This document shows, one piece after another, positions 40,301 to 53,665 of a DNA stretch of 64,000 bases. The DNA is from Octopus sinensis. Lineage: Eukaryota. The stretch lies in NCBI RefSeq assembly GCF_006345805.1, contig NC_043020.1:4588001-4652000 (forward strand). Direction: 5' to 3'. Below the pieces are notes generated by a model. That model did not search any database, had not been told where the DNA came from, and saw only the letters and a list, made by a program, of their open reading frames with translations. Position 1 is the stretch's first letter; every line of letters begins with the position of its first letter. The position numbers were made by a program, and so were the translations under genes.

Positions 40301-43300
40301 TCAGTTGTTACTGTTGTTGGTTCAACGGTTGTTACTGTTGTTTTTTCATCAGTTGTTACTGTTGTTGGTTCTTCAGTTGTTACTGTTGTTGGTTCTTCAG
40401 TTGTAGCTGTTGTTGGTTCTTCATTTGTTACTGTTGTTGGTTCTTCAGTTGTTACTATTGTTGGTTCATCAGTTGTTACTGTCGTTGGTTCTTCAGTTGT
40501 GACTGTTGTTTGTTCTTCGGTTGTTACTGGTGTTGGTTCTTCAGTTTTGACTGTTGTTTGTTCTTCAGTTGTGACTGTTTTTTGTTCTTCAGTTATTACT
40601 GTTGTTGGTCCTTCAGTTGTGACTGTTGTTGGTTCATCAGTTGTGAGTGTTGTTGGTTCTTCAGTTGTTACTGTTGTTGTTTCATCAGTAGTTACTGTTG
40701 TTGGTTCTTCAGTTGTGACTGTTGTTTGTTCTTCGGTTGTTACTGTTGTTGGTTCTTCAGTTGTGATTGTTGTTTTTTCTTCAGTTGTTACTGTTGTTGG
40801 TCCTTCAGTTGTTACTGTTGTTGGTTCTTCAGTTGTGACTGTTGTTTGTTCTTCAGTTGTTACTGTTGTTGGTCCTTCAGTTGTGACTGATATTGGTTCT
40901 TCAGTTGTGACTGTTGTTGGTTCTTTAGTTGTGACTGTTATTGGTTCTTCAGTTGTGACTGTTGTTGGTTCTTCAGTTGTGACTGGTGTTGGCTCATCAG
41001 TTGTGACTGTTGTTGGTTCTTCAGTTCTGACTGTTGTTTGTTCTTCAGTTGTTACTGTTGTTGTTTCATCAGTTGTGACTGTTGTTGATTCTTCAGTTGT
41101 TACAGTTGTTGGTTCTTCAGTTGTTACTGTTGTTGGTTCATCAGTTGTGACTGTTGTTGGTTCTTCAGTTGTTACTGTTGTTGGTTCATCAGTTGTTACT
41201 GTTGTTGGTTCTTCAGTTGTTACTGTTTTTGATGGTTCTACGGTTGTTACTGTTGTTGGTTCTTCAGTTGTGATTGTTGTTTGTTCTTCAGTTGTTACTG
41301 TTGTTGGTCCTCCAGTTGTGACTATTGTTGGTTCTTCAGTTGTGACTGTTGTTTGTTCTTCAGTTGTGACTGTTGTTGTTTCTTCAGTTGTGACTGTTGT
41401 TGGTTCTTCAGTTGTGACTGTTGTTGGTTCTTCAGTTGTGACTGTTGTTGGTTCTTCAGTTGTGACTGGTGTTGGTTCTTCAGTTGTGACTGTTGTTCGT
41501 TCTTCAGTTGTGACTTTTGTTTGTTCTTCAGTTGTTACTGTTGTTGGTTCTTCAGATGTGACTGTTGTCTGTTCTTCAGTTTTTACTGTTGTTGTTTCAT
41601 CAGTTATGACTGTTGTTGGTTCTTCAGTTGTGACTGTTGTTGCTTCATCAGTTGTGACTGTTGTTTGTTCTTCAATTGTTACTGTTGTTGGTTCTGCAGT
41701 TGTGACTGTTGTTTGTTCTTCAGTTGTTACTGTTGTTGGTTCTTCTGTTGTTACTGTTCCTGGTTCATCAATTGTTACTGTTGTTGGTTCTTCTGTTTTT
41801 ACTGTTGTTGGTTCTTCAGTTGTGACTGTTGTTGGTTCTTCAGTTGTGACTGGTGTTGGTTCTTCAGTTGTGACTGTTGTTCGTTCTTCAGTTGTGACTT
41901 TTGTTTGTTCTTCAGTTGTAACTGTTGTTGGTTCTTCAGTTGTTACTCTTGTTGGTTCTTCAGTTGTAACCGTTGTTGGTTCTTCAGTTGTTACTGTTGT
42001 TAGTTCTTCAGTTGTTACTGTTGTTGGTTCATCAGTTGTGACTGTTGTTGGTTCTTCAGTTGTTACTGTTGTTGGTTCTTCAGTTGTTACTGTTGTTGGT
42101 CCTTCAGTTGTGACTGTTGTTTGTTCTTCGGTTGTTACTGTTGTTGGTTCTTCAGTTGTGATTGTTTTTTGTTCTTCAGTTGTAACTGTTGTTGGTCCGT
42201 CAGTTGTGACTGTTGTTGGTTCTTCAATTGTGACTGTTGTTTGTTCTTCAGTTGTTACTGTTGTTGGTCCTTCAGTTGTGACTGTTGTTAGTTCTTCAGT
42301 TGTGACTGTTTTTGGTTCTTCAGTTGTGACTGTTGTTTGGTCTTCAGTTGTTACTGTTGTTGGTTCATCAGTTGTGACTGTTGTTGATTCTTCAGTTGTT
42401 ACTGTTGTTGGGTCTTCAGTTGTTACTGTTGTTGGTTCATCAGTTGTGACTGTTGTTGGTTCTTCAGTTGTTACTGTTGTTGGTTCATCAGTTGTTACTG
42501 TTGTTTGGTCTTCAGTTGTTACTGTTTTTGATGGTTCTACGGTTGTTACTGTTGTTGGTTCTTCAGTTGTGATTGTTGTTTGTTCTTCAGTTGTTACTGT
42601 TGTTGGTCCTTCAGTTGTGACTATTGCTGGTTCTTCAGTTGTGACTGTTGTTGGTTCTTCAGTTGTGACTGTTGTTGGTTCTTCAGTTGTGACTGTTGTT
42701 GGTTCTTCAGTTGTGACTGGTGTTGTTTCTTCTGTTGTGACTGTTGTTCGTTCTTCAGTTGTGACTTTTGTTTGTTCTTCAGTTGTTACCGTTCTTGGTT
42801 CATCAATTGTTACTGTTGTTGGTTCTTCTGTTTTTACTGTTGTTGTTTCTTCAGTTGTTACTGCTGTTGGGTCTTCAGTTGTAACTGTTGTTGTTTCTTC
42901 AGTTGTTACTCTTGTTGGTTCTTCAGTTGTAACTGTTGTTGGTTCTTCAGTTGTTACTGTTGTTGGTTCTTCAGTTGTTACTGTTGTTGGTTCATCAGTT
43001 GTGACTGTTAATGGTTCTTCAGTTGTTACTGTTGTTGGTTCATCAGTTGTTACTGTTGTTGGTCCTTCAGTTGTGACTGTTGTTTGTTCTTCAGTTGTTA
43101 CTGTTGTTGGTTCTTCATTTGTTACTGTTGTTGGTTCATCAGTTGTGACTCTTGTTGGTTCTTCAGTTGTTACTGTTGTTGTTTCATCAGTTGTTACTGT
43201 TGTTGGTTCTTCAGTTGTGATTGTTGTTTGTTCTTCAGTTGTAACTGTTGTCGGTCCGTCAGTTGTGACTGTTGTTGGTTCTTCAATTGTGACTGTTGTT

Positions 43301-46300
43301 TGTTCTTCGGTTGTTACTGTTGTTGGTCCTTCAGTTGTGACTGTTGTTGGTTCTTCAGTTGTGACTGTTTTTGGTTCTTCAGTTGTGACTGTTGTTGGTT
43401 CTTCAGTTGTGACTGTTGTTGGTTCTTCAGTTGTTACTGGTGTTGGTTCTTCAGTTGTGACTGTTGTTGGTTCTTCAATTGTGACTGTTGTTTGTTCTTC
43501 AGTTGTTACTGTTGTTGGTTCTTCAGTTGTGACTGTTGTTTGTTCTTCAGTTTTTACTGTTGTTGTTTCATCAGTTATGACTGTTGTTGCTTCATCAGTT
43601 GTGACTGTTGTTTGTTCTTCAATTGTTACTGTTGTTGGTTCTGCAGTTGTGACTGTTGTTTGTTCTTCAGTTGTTACTGTTGGTGTTTCATCTATTGTTA
43701 CTGTTCTTGGTTCATCAGTTGTTACTGTTGTTGGTTCTTCTTTTGTTACTGTTGTTGGTTCTTCAGTTGTAACTGTTGTTGGTTCTTCAGTTGTTACTGT
43801 TGTTGGTTCTTCAGTTGTTACTGTTGTTGGTTCTTCAGTTGTTTCTGTTGTTGGTTCATCAGTTGTGACTGTTGTTGGTTCATCAGTTGTTACTGTTGTT
43901 GGTTCATCAGTTGTTACAGTTGTTGGTTCTTCAGTTGTGACCGTTGTTTGTTCTTCAGTTGTTACTGTTGCTGGTTCTTCAGTTGTGACTGTTGTTTGTA
44001 CTTCAGTTGTAACTGTTATTTGTTCTTCAGTTATTACTGTTGTTGGTCCTTCAGTTGTGACTGTTGTTGGTTTTTCAGGTGTGACTGTTGTTGGTTCTTC
44101 AGTTGTGACTGTTGTTGGTTCTTCAATTGTGACTGTTGTTGGTTCTTCAGTTGTGACGGTTGTTGTTTCTTCAGTTGTGACCGTTGTTTTTTCTTCAGTT
44201 GTTACTGTTGTTGGTTCATCAGTTGTGACTGTTGTTGGTTCTTCAGTTGTTACTGTTGTTGGTTCTTCAGTTGTGACTGGTGTTGGTTCTTCAGTTGTGA
44301 CTGTTGTTGGTTCTTCAGTTGTGACTGTTGTTTGTTCTTCAGTTGTTACTGTTGTTGTTTCTTCAGTTGTGACTGTTGCTGGTTCATCAGTTGTGATTGT
44401 TGTTTGTTCTTCAATTGTTACTGTTTTTGGTTCTGCAGTTGTGACTGTTGTTTGTTCTTCAGTTGTTACTGTTGTTGGTTCATCTGTTGTGACTGTTGAT
44501 GGTTCTTCAGTTGTGACTGTTGTTGGTTCTTCAGTTGTTACTGTTGTTGGTTCTTCAATTGCTACTGTCGTTGGTTCTTCAGTTTTGACTGTTGTTGGTT
44601 CTTCAGTTGTGACTGTTGTTGGTTCTTCAGTTGTGGCTGTTGTTGGTTCTTCAGTTGTGACTTTTGATGGTTCTTCAATTGTTACAGTTGTTGGTTCTTC
44701 AGTTGTTACTGTTGTTGTTTCTTCAGTTGTGACTCTTGTTGGTTCTTCAGTTGTTACAGTTGTTGGTTCTTCAGTTGTAACAGTTGTTGTTGGTTCTTCA
44801 GTTGTGACTGTTGTTTGTTCCTCAGTTGTGACTGTTGTTGGTTCTTCAGTTGTGACTGTTGTTGGTTCTTCAGTTGTTACTGTTGTTGGTTCTTCAGTTG
44901 TGACTGTTCTTGGTTCTTCAATTGTGACTGTTGTTGGTCCGTCAGTTGTTACTGTTGTTGGTTCTTCAGTTGTTACTGTTGTTGGTTCTTCAGTTGTGAC
45001 TGTTGTTCGTTCTTCAGTTGTTACTGTTGTTGGTTCTTCAGTTGTTACTGTTGTTGGTTCTTCAGCTGTGACTGTTGTTTGTTCTTCAGTTGTTACTGTT
45101 GTTGGTTCTTCAGTTGTGACTGTTGTTGTTGTTTCTTCAGTTATGACTGTTGTTGATGGTTCTTCAGTTGTGACTGTTGTTGTTCGTTCTTCAGTTGTAA
45201 CTGTTGTTGTTGGTTCTTCAGTTGTAACTGTTGTTGTTGGTTCTTCAGTTGTGACTGTTGTTGTTGGTTCTTCAGTTGTGACTGTTGTTGTTGGTTCTTC
45301 AGTTGTAACTGTTGTTGTTGGTTCATCAGTTGTGACTGTTGTTGTTGGTTCTTCAGTTGTGACTGTTGTTGTTGGTTCATCAGTTGTAACAGTTGTTGTT
45401 GGTTCTTCAGTTGTGACTGTTGTTGTTGGATCTTCAGTTGTGACTGTTGTTGTTGGTTCTTCAGTTGTAACAGTTGTTTTGGTTCATCAGTTGTGACTGT
45501 TGTTGTTGGTTCTTCAGTTGTGACTGTTGTTGTTGGTTCTTCAGTTGTGACTGTTGTTGTTGGTTCTTCAGTTGTGACAGTTGTTGTTGGTTCTTTAGTT
45601 GTGACTGTTGTTGGTTCTTCAGTGGTGACTGTTGTTGGTTCTTCAGTTGTGACTGTTGTTGTTGGTTCTTCAGTTGTGACTGTTGTTGTTGGTTCTTCAG
45701 TTGTGACTGTTGTTGTTGGTTCTTCAGTTATGAATGTTGTTGTTGTTTCTTCAGTTGTGACTGTTGTTGTTGGTTCTTCAGTTGTTACTGTTGTTGTTGG
45801 TTCTTCAGTTGTGACAGTTGTTGTTGGTTCTTCACTTGTGACTGTTGTTGTTGGTTCTTCTGTTGTGACTGTTGTTGCTGGTTCTTCAGTTGTGACTGTT
45901 GGTTCTTCAGTTGTGACTGTTGTTTTTGGTCCTTCAGTTGTGACTGTTGTTGTTGGTTCTTCAGTTGTGACAGTTGTTGTTGGTTCTTCAGTTGTGAATG
46001 TTGTTGTTGGTTCTTCAGTTGTGACTGTTGTTGTTGGTTCTTTATTTGTGACTGTTGTTGTTGGTTCTTCAGTTGTGACTGTTGTTGTTGGTTCTTCAGT
46101 TGTTACTGTTGTTGGTTCTTCAGTTGTGACGGTTGTTGTTGGTTCTTCAGTTGTGACTGTTGTTGCTGGTTCTTCAGTTGTGACTGTTGGTGTTGGTTCT
46201 TCAGTTGTGACTGTTATTGTTGGTTCTTCAGTTGTGACTGTTGTTTTTGGTTCTTCAGTTGTGACAGTTGTTGTTGGTTCTTCAGTGGTGACTGTTGTTG

Positions 46301-47926
46301 TTGGTTCTTCAGTTGTGACTGTTGTTGTTGGTTTTTCAGTTGTGACAGTTGTTGTTGGTTCTTCAGTTGTGACTGTTGTTGTTGGTTCTTTAGTTGTGAC
46401 TGTTGTTGTTGGTTCTTCAGTTGTGACTGTTGTTGTTGGTTCTTCAGTTCTTACTGTTGTTGTTGGTTCTTCAGTTGTGACAGTTGATGTTGGTTCTTCA
46501 GTTGTGACGGTTGTTGTTGGTTCTTCAGTTGTGACTGTTGTTGCTGGTTCTTCAGTTGTGTCTGTTGGTGTTGGTTCTTCAGTTGTGACTGTTGTTGTTG
46601 GTTCTTCTGTTGTGACTGTTGTTGTTGGTTCTTTAGTTGTGACTGTAGTTGTTGGTTCTTTAGTTGTGACTGTTGTTGTTGGTTCTTCAGTTCTTACTGT
46701 TGTTGTTGGTTCTTCAGTTGTGACAGTTGATGTTGGTTCTTCAGTTGTGACGGTTGTTGTTGGTTCTTCAGTTGTGACTGTTGTTGTTGGTTCTTCAGTT
46801 GTGACTGTTGTTGTTGGTTCTTCAGTTCTGACTGTTGTTGCTGGTTCTTCAGTTGTGACTGTTGTTGTTGGTTCTTCAGTTGTGAATGTTGTTGTTGGTT
46901 CTTCAGTTCTTACTGTTGTTGTTGGTTTTTCAGTCGTGACAGTTGTTGTTGGTTCTTCAGTTGTGACGGTTGTTATTGGTTCTTCAGTTGTGACTGTTGT
47001 TGCTGGTTCTTCAGTTGTGACTATTGGTGTTGGTTCTTCAGTTGTGACTGTTGTTGTTGGTTCTTCAGTTGTGACTGTTGTTTTTGTTTCTTCAGTTGTG
47101 ACAGTTGTTGTTGGTTCTTCAGTTGTGACTGTTGTTGTTTGTTCTTCAGTTGTGACTGTTGTTGTTGTTTCTTCAGTTGTGAATGTTGTTGTTGGTTCTT
47201 CAGTTGTGACTTTTGTTGTTCGTTCTTCAGTTGGGACTGTTGTTGTTGGTTCTTCAGTTGTGACTGTTGTTGTTGGTTCTTCAGTTCTTACTGTTGTTGT
47301 TGGTTCTTCAGTTGTGACAGTTGTTGTTGGTTCTTCAGTTGTGACGGTTGTTATTGGTTCTTCAGTTGTGACCGTTGTTGCTGGTTCTTCAGTTGTGACT
47401 ATTGGTGTTGGTTCTTCAGTTGTGACAGTTGTTGTTGGTTCTTCAGTTGTGACTGTTGTTTTTGGTTCTTCAGTTGTGACAGTTGTTGTTGGTTCTTCAG
47501 TTGTGATTGTTGTTTTTGGTTCTTCAGTTGTGACAGTTGTTGTTGGTTCTTCAGTTGTGAATGTTGTTGTTGGTTCTTCAGTTGTAACTGTTGTTGTTGG
47601 TTCTTCAGTTGTGACTGTTGTTGTTTGTTCTTCAGTTGTGACTGTTGTTGGTTCTTCAGTTGTGAATGTTGTTGTTTGTTCTTCATTTGTGACTGTTGTT
47701 GTTGGTTCTTCAGTTGTGAATGTTGTTGTTGGTTCTTCAGTTGTGACTGTTCTTCTTGGTTCTTCAGTTGTTACTGTTGCTGTTGGTTCTTTACTTGTGA
47801 CTATTGTTGTTGGTTCTTCAGTTTTGACTGTTGTTGTTGGTTCTTCAGTTGTTACTGTTGTTGTTGCTTCTTCAGTTTTGACTGTTGTTGTTCTCGACTC
47901 TTTACATGTACTTGAATTGTCTCCCC
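37398..47926 (-). CDS. Giant mucin-type Thr/Glu/Pro repeat exon (~3,510 codons; TTEEPTTTV then TTEEPTTV units) of a SEA-domain mucin-like gene
   Basis: Acceptor tttgcctcttccAG|GG GGA GAC (phase 1) at 47926 and donor ACA G|GTAAGT (phase 1) at 37398. The length of 10,529 nt becomes 10,530 (divisible by 3) on restoring one T in the T4 run at 45477-45480. Unit variation is mostly synonymous or conservative. I did not check every codon for stops between 39543 and 45480. Confidence 0.85.
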
Positions 47927-48361
47927 CTGGAAGAGGCAAATATTCAGAATTTTAGTTGGGTTATCTATTTCTACTTTTGCGTTTTTCCTCTCTATATATT
48001 TTACTATTCTCCATGATAATTCTACCTTTTGTGTCTTTGCTCTACGTAAACTTTGTGTATATGTCAATGAAGATATTTGATGTGCATTGTATCCCCTTGC
48101 TTACCTATACCATGTGGGCGTACTTTGTAGCAGGGAATGTTTCCAGTTGGGTTTATTTCCATATCTACGCATCATATGTGTGTGAGTGCGTTTGTACGTG
48201 TTTGCATTTGTATGTGTGCGTGCATGATTATGTGTGTGTGTGTGTGTGCGAACATGTTTGTGTGCGTGTGTGTGTTTTTGCTTGTGTGTATAGATTGGTA
48301 GATAAATATATATAGTTATACATTCATATACATAGACAGACAGCCAAACAAATTTAGATCG

Positions 48362-48445
48362 TTAAATAGATAGATTGATGGATGGATGGATAGATTGATA
48401 TATATAGATGGGTCGATAGTTAGTTAACTTGATAGATAGATAGAT

Positions 48446-48488
<43 letters not shown>

Positions 48489-48491
48489 GAC

Positions 48492-48567
<76 letters not shown>

Positions 48568-48568
48568 T

Positions 48569-48643
<75 letters not shown>

Positions 48644-48660
48644 TGATTGATTGATAGATA
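48362..48660. repeat. (GATA)n/(TA)n compound microsatellite; another (GATA)n at 48825-48903
   Basis: Direct reading. Confidence 0.95.
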
Positions 48661-48818
48661 GATCTGTTTCTTTATTAGCCACACAGGGCTGGACACAGAC
48701 AGAACAAATTACAAGGTAGAGCTTTTCTTTTGGGGGTAAAAAAATGGGGGTTGGTTTTCGATCAAAAGGGATCGTAAAAGGAAAGAAAGAAGACAAAAAT
48801 AAGGGGAGGATTTAAAAA

Positions 48819-48893
<75 letters not shown>

Positions 48894-48909
48894 TAGATAG
48901 ATAGAAATT

Positions 48910-49860
48910 CAGAGAAACACTATACGAGCTGATAAATGAAGTTCTGTAGTTACCATGGATTCAGAAGAATACATGAACTCTGCCATAGCTCTCCCTCGTG
49001 AAAACACTTGTTATAAGAAAATTAACATTTACAAACAATCTTAAATAACTCCAAAACTCTCTGCCCTCATCCAACAGTTCCAAAAGGATTCAACAGAGAA
49101 GGAGAACGTCCATTTATCAAGGTTTGACGGCAAAACCAGCAACTTCTACGGAGTGAAGCCATAAATAAAGCTTGTAGCAGATCAGCCTCATTATCCATTA
49201 ACATTCCACATCACAGGAATCTCAAAATGAGACCAATTTTGGCCGATTCATCTTGTGAGACACCCAGACTGAGTAACGTACTTCTAAAACCCATTCTTCA
49301 AACTATACCAAGCTTCATAAGAGATGACTTGTGCATTTTAGACCATCTCCCGAGCAAAACCAGCATGGACTCTCTTCTTTTCTGATTCAATACAATAAAG
49401 CTCAACACTTTGATTCCTCATGAATACAGAATAGACGCCATACAATTCTGACTGGAAAAATTTCTAAGTGACATTCCTGACCGACTTGGGAAAATATTTA
49501 TCATTGAAGGCTTAAAATTCATCATACAAAATAACATTTTCAACTTCAACGACAGCAGCTACATACAAATATCTGGGACTGCAATGGAAACGAGAGTAGC
49601 TCCTACTTTTGCTAACTTTGTAATGGCATACTTAGGAGTTCAAACACGAAGACTGAAATTTGGCAACATTTTCCAAAAATATTTACTCATCAACTGGAAA
49701 TGTTGCTCAGACGATTGTTTCATGTTGCCGTCAATAAATATTGATCATCTCTAGGAATTTAAAAACTTAATTACCAACATTAACCACTGTATCTAATTTA
49801 GAATGTCCCTTTCTGGACATTCTAATAATGAAAAGAGATACGGACATTGAACTTTAAACC
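48910..49860 (+). mobile_element. Heavily decayed Penelope-like RT
   Basis: Broken translation retains NFYG, MRPILA, PSFIRDD, GTAM(E)TRVAPTFANFVM, SDDCF and PFLDIL. Confidence 0.75.
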
Positions 49861-49889
49861 TCAACACCTTAATGTTCTTAACAATAAAA

Positions 49890-50095
49890 TCAACCTCTTT
49901 ATCTGTATATCTACCCTCTTTATAATGTTACTAATTAACATGGAAATAAGTATATGTATTGATGGAAAACCTCTATAAATGGCTGAAGATTGCTCAACAT
50001 TTTAAAACTGATGTAATACTTACAATGTTTAATAAAAGGATGTAGCGTGAAACGATCGTACCAAATTACCGAAGATATTCTTGTTGCTTACTTTG
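49890..50095 (+). ncRNA. ~200-bp repeat carrying a candidate minimal type I hammerhead ribozyme (core 49983-50060)
   Basis: tgg-CTGAAGA-t-tgct...agcg-t-GAAA-CGATCG-TA-cca: core motifs, palindromic stem III and a GUA cleavage triplet. Second copy at 58085-58300 on the minus strand. Confidence 0.55.
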
Positions 50096-50096
50096 G

Positions 50097-50134
<38 letters not shown>

Positions 50135-50479
50135 CCACATATAGAACCACACATATATGCATACACATACATATACTTGCATGCATACATATATATACGA
50201 CCACATATATCAACATATATATATAAAAAATATATAAAATATATCAAACTTGTATTTACATATATATATATATATTATATATATATATAGACGTCCATAT
50301 GCATATAAGCATCTATAATCACATACATACATACATAGTCAGAAGTTTAAGATGCATAACTGTATATATAAAAAAAGAAAAGGGAGAATTCTTTCATTTG
50401 TATATAAAGATATAGAAAGAGGTTTTTTTCCTTTTTTTGTGTGTTGATTTTTTTACTACTTTTACATTTTTTAGCCGTT

Positions 50480-52790
50480 TAATTTCTATTAAGTGCAGTT
50501 CCATAACTTTACGGTATTCCGGGTCATTCCGTGAGCATTTGTAGAATGGATTAATTTAAAATTTTCCATTTCCGCATACTTCTAGGTGTTTGCTTAATGG
50601 TACCTTGCGTAACTCTTCCTGTTTTATATGCTGCCTATGTATTCTGGCGCATTGGCAGAGAGAGTTGTTCGTTTCGCCAATATAGTTTTCCTTGCAGTTT
50701 GGGCAAGTAATGCAACGTATGAGGTTTTGCGTTTTGCAAGTCATATTATCATTGATCTTAAAGAGAGAAGCCATTTCTGAATTTTAAGTGGGAACCACAT
50801 TGTAGGCATTTGTAATTATTCTCGCTGTTGCATGTTCCGCATCTTTTGTCTCCACATTCTGTTACTGAGAATTCTGGTCCCTTCTCCGATTTGAATTCTG
50901 CCCTTGTAAGGTGCTTTTTAAGGGTTTTTCGGTCGGCGTTTGTTGTTGAGTAGGATTTTTTTGTTCATCAGGTTCCTCATTTTAGGGCAAGTTTGATTTT
51001 ATAGCCTGGAAAATATTTGTATAGCCAGGACTGTGTGTGGAGACGAATGGTATTGTTTGTTTATTGGTTTTATTCTTTTGCTGTTCTTAATTCGCTGATG
51101 TTGAGTTTCAATGCCTTTTTAAAACCTTCCTTTATCAAACCTGAAGGGTATTTTTGTATTTCGAGGAAGTCCTGGAGTTCGTCGAGTCTAGTGTTTCGTG
51201 TTGCAGTGTCTCTTACTATAGTGCATATGCGTCTTGCCATGCAGTAGGGTATATTTCTTTTAATGTGTGATGGGTGGCAAGAGTCAAAGTTAAGATAGTG
51301 ATGTGGGTCTGTTTTGTTTTTGTAATAAATGTCTGTAGTTACTCTGCAATTTTTTATTTTTATGAGAATGTCCAGGAATGGTAATTCCTTAAAGTTGGAT
51401 TCTGTAGTAAATTGTATGGATGGGTGCAATTTGTTCAATATCTCTTTGACGGTGTTTAGGTCCGTGTCTGATTTTTCCCAAAAGATGAAGCAATCATCAA
51501 GAAATCGTTTCCATTGTTTCATGATGTATATCTTGAATTCCTGGTCAAAGGTTTTTTCTACTTCTCTGAAGAGTTTTCCCTCCAGAAACCCCATGACCAG
51601 GTTAGCATATGAAGGTGCAAAGCGAGTACCCATAGTTGTGCCCTTTATTTGTTTATATGTTTTGTGGCTAAATTTAAATGTGTTTTCCTCCAGAACTATG
51701 CGTGTGGCTTTGGTGATGAGATCCGTCTTAAAACGTTCATCTATTTTATCTCTATGCCTTGTCACCCAGTATTCCACTGCTTCCAGACCTAGAGAGTGGG
51801 GAATATTGGTGCATAGGTTGGTGACATCGAAACTTGTGAGTATGGTACCTTCTGGGACTATGTCCGGGATATGTTGTAGGAAATCGATGCCATCTCTTAC
51901 ATAGCTTGGTAGGAGGGGCATAGAGGTTTAAGTATGATGTCCAAAAAAGTGGCTAAATTGTTGGGTCGGTGCTTGGGGTCCCGCCACTATTGGCCTTAGT
52001 TTCAGGTCTGTAGGTCTTGATATTCGTATATATTTGTTTTTTTGTTCGTTAATGGCATTTTCTATTGCCGAGCTTTTGTGGATTTTCGGCAAGCCATAGA
52101 AGTTGCTCTCGTTGGTTTGAGAGTAGCATATATATTCTTTCTCTTTTTCTGTGAAAGAGTCTCGGTATTCTTCGATCAGTTTTCTGATTTTTGATTTTGT
52201 TGTCTTTTCTGGGTGCCCTGGTTCTTCCTTGTAATATGTTTCATCTGTCAGCATTTCCAGTATTTTGTCTTTATAGTAGTCCTTATCCATGATTACTATT
52301 GCTCCACCCTTATCTGCTTCTTTTAAGATTATTGAGTTGTCATTTTTTAGTGTCTGTAGTGCTTCTTTTTCTTCTGTAGAAAGGTTTTGTTTGTGTTTTT
52401 GTGACTTCAGAGGAAATTTGGAGATTGTTTCAATATATGTATCCAGATATTTGTCACTTCTCTTGTAGGGCGTGAAGTGGGATTTCTTTTTTACTATTGA
52501 TTTATCCTCAAAATCCTTATTTCCTAAGAATTCTAGCAGTCGTAGGCAACGGCTAAAGTGTTCCACATCTGATTTCAGTTCGATCAAATTAGGTGTGGGT
52601 GTAGGGGTGAATTTAAAACCCTTTAGTAATAGTGTCATTTCTTTCTTATTTATATTTCTATTTGATAAATTTATTATTTTGGGGTCTGTGTGTTTGTTTA
52701 GAGTCTGTATTTTGTTGGGTCCGGTGGGTGGTTTCGAAATGAATGGTCAACCACCTGTTCTTTTAGAAACCCAAGGGAGTGCCAAGTGAA
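50480..52790 (-). mobile_element. Penelope-like element, Neptune-type (RT + Cys linker + GIY-YIG endonuclease), decayed
   Basis: KGFKFTPTP, FYGLPKIHK, FDVTNL(C)TNIP, GT(T)MGTRFAPSYANL, RFLDDCF, LPFLDIL, linker CGDKRCGTC and CPNCKENYIGET. Stops and frameshifts are present. Confidence 0.9.
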
Positions 52791-53528
52791 GAATGGGCTC
52801 ATTTTCTTTATATTTTTAGTTTTATATTTTATTTTTTCCCTTTCTTTCTTTCTTTCTTTCTCATTTTCAAGAACACACAGTACATGTATGTATGAATGTT
52901 TATAAAAATGTGCTCACACACTAGGTTCCTCCATATGTGTATATATATGTGAGTGTATGTGGATATATGTATATATATATATATATATTATATATATATA
53001 TATATATATGTTTATATGTAGGGATATATGTGTGGGTGTACATAGTAACACTCCTACTATTGAAAAACAAACCCTCTCAAACCCTCTTTTTCCTTCTCTC
53101 CATTTCTTAAAAGTGTAATCCAAAAAATAGAAAAAGACCCCAAAAAAGAAAAAAGAGAAAAATACACAGTTTTAAAACACACACACCCATATTTTCTCTC
53201 TTTCACCTTCTCCATCCCTCTATCTCCCTATCACTCCCTCTCTCTCTCTCTCTCTCTCTTTCACCTTCTCCCTCCCTCTATTCTCCATTATATACACACA
53301 CACACTCTCTCTCTCTCCCACTTCATTTCCCAATAATATAAATACAGGCAAAACTTTTCAAACTGACATTTCTGATGAAACTAGAGGAGTAGTTGAAAGC
53401 GCTAATAGGAAGTAATAATATGTGATATGTAAATAAATATATATTTTTACAACCATCCAGCATTCTGAACATCTTTTTTCTTTCATATGTATTAAATCTA
53501 TACATCACCCCCAATACTTCTAACATAT

Positions 53529-53568
<40 letters not shown>

Positions 53569-53570
<2 letters not shown>

Positions 53571-53627
53571 AGGTGGTGCTAATAAGTTAGACATGGCCTG
53601 GGCCAATAATGGCCGAAACCTATCAAA

Positions 53628-53628
<1 letters not shown>
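53569..53628 (+). mobile_element. Isolated ~60-bp 3' tail of the CR1 family between TA microsatellites
   Basis: 'caggtggtgctaataagttagacatggcctgggccaataatggccgaaacctatc' matches the reverse complement of the CR1 3' end at 4550-4613. Confidence 0.7.

Positions 53629-53665
<37 letters not shown>

Noticed and set aside
37688-47955. 2602-aa and 820-aa plus-strand Val/Ser ORFs and many Cys/Trp/Phe ORFs
   Set aside because: Antisense shadows of the 24/27-bp repeats. Splice signals and mucin-like composition support only the minus strand.
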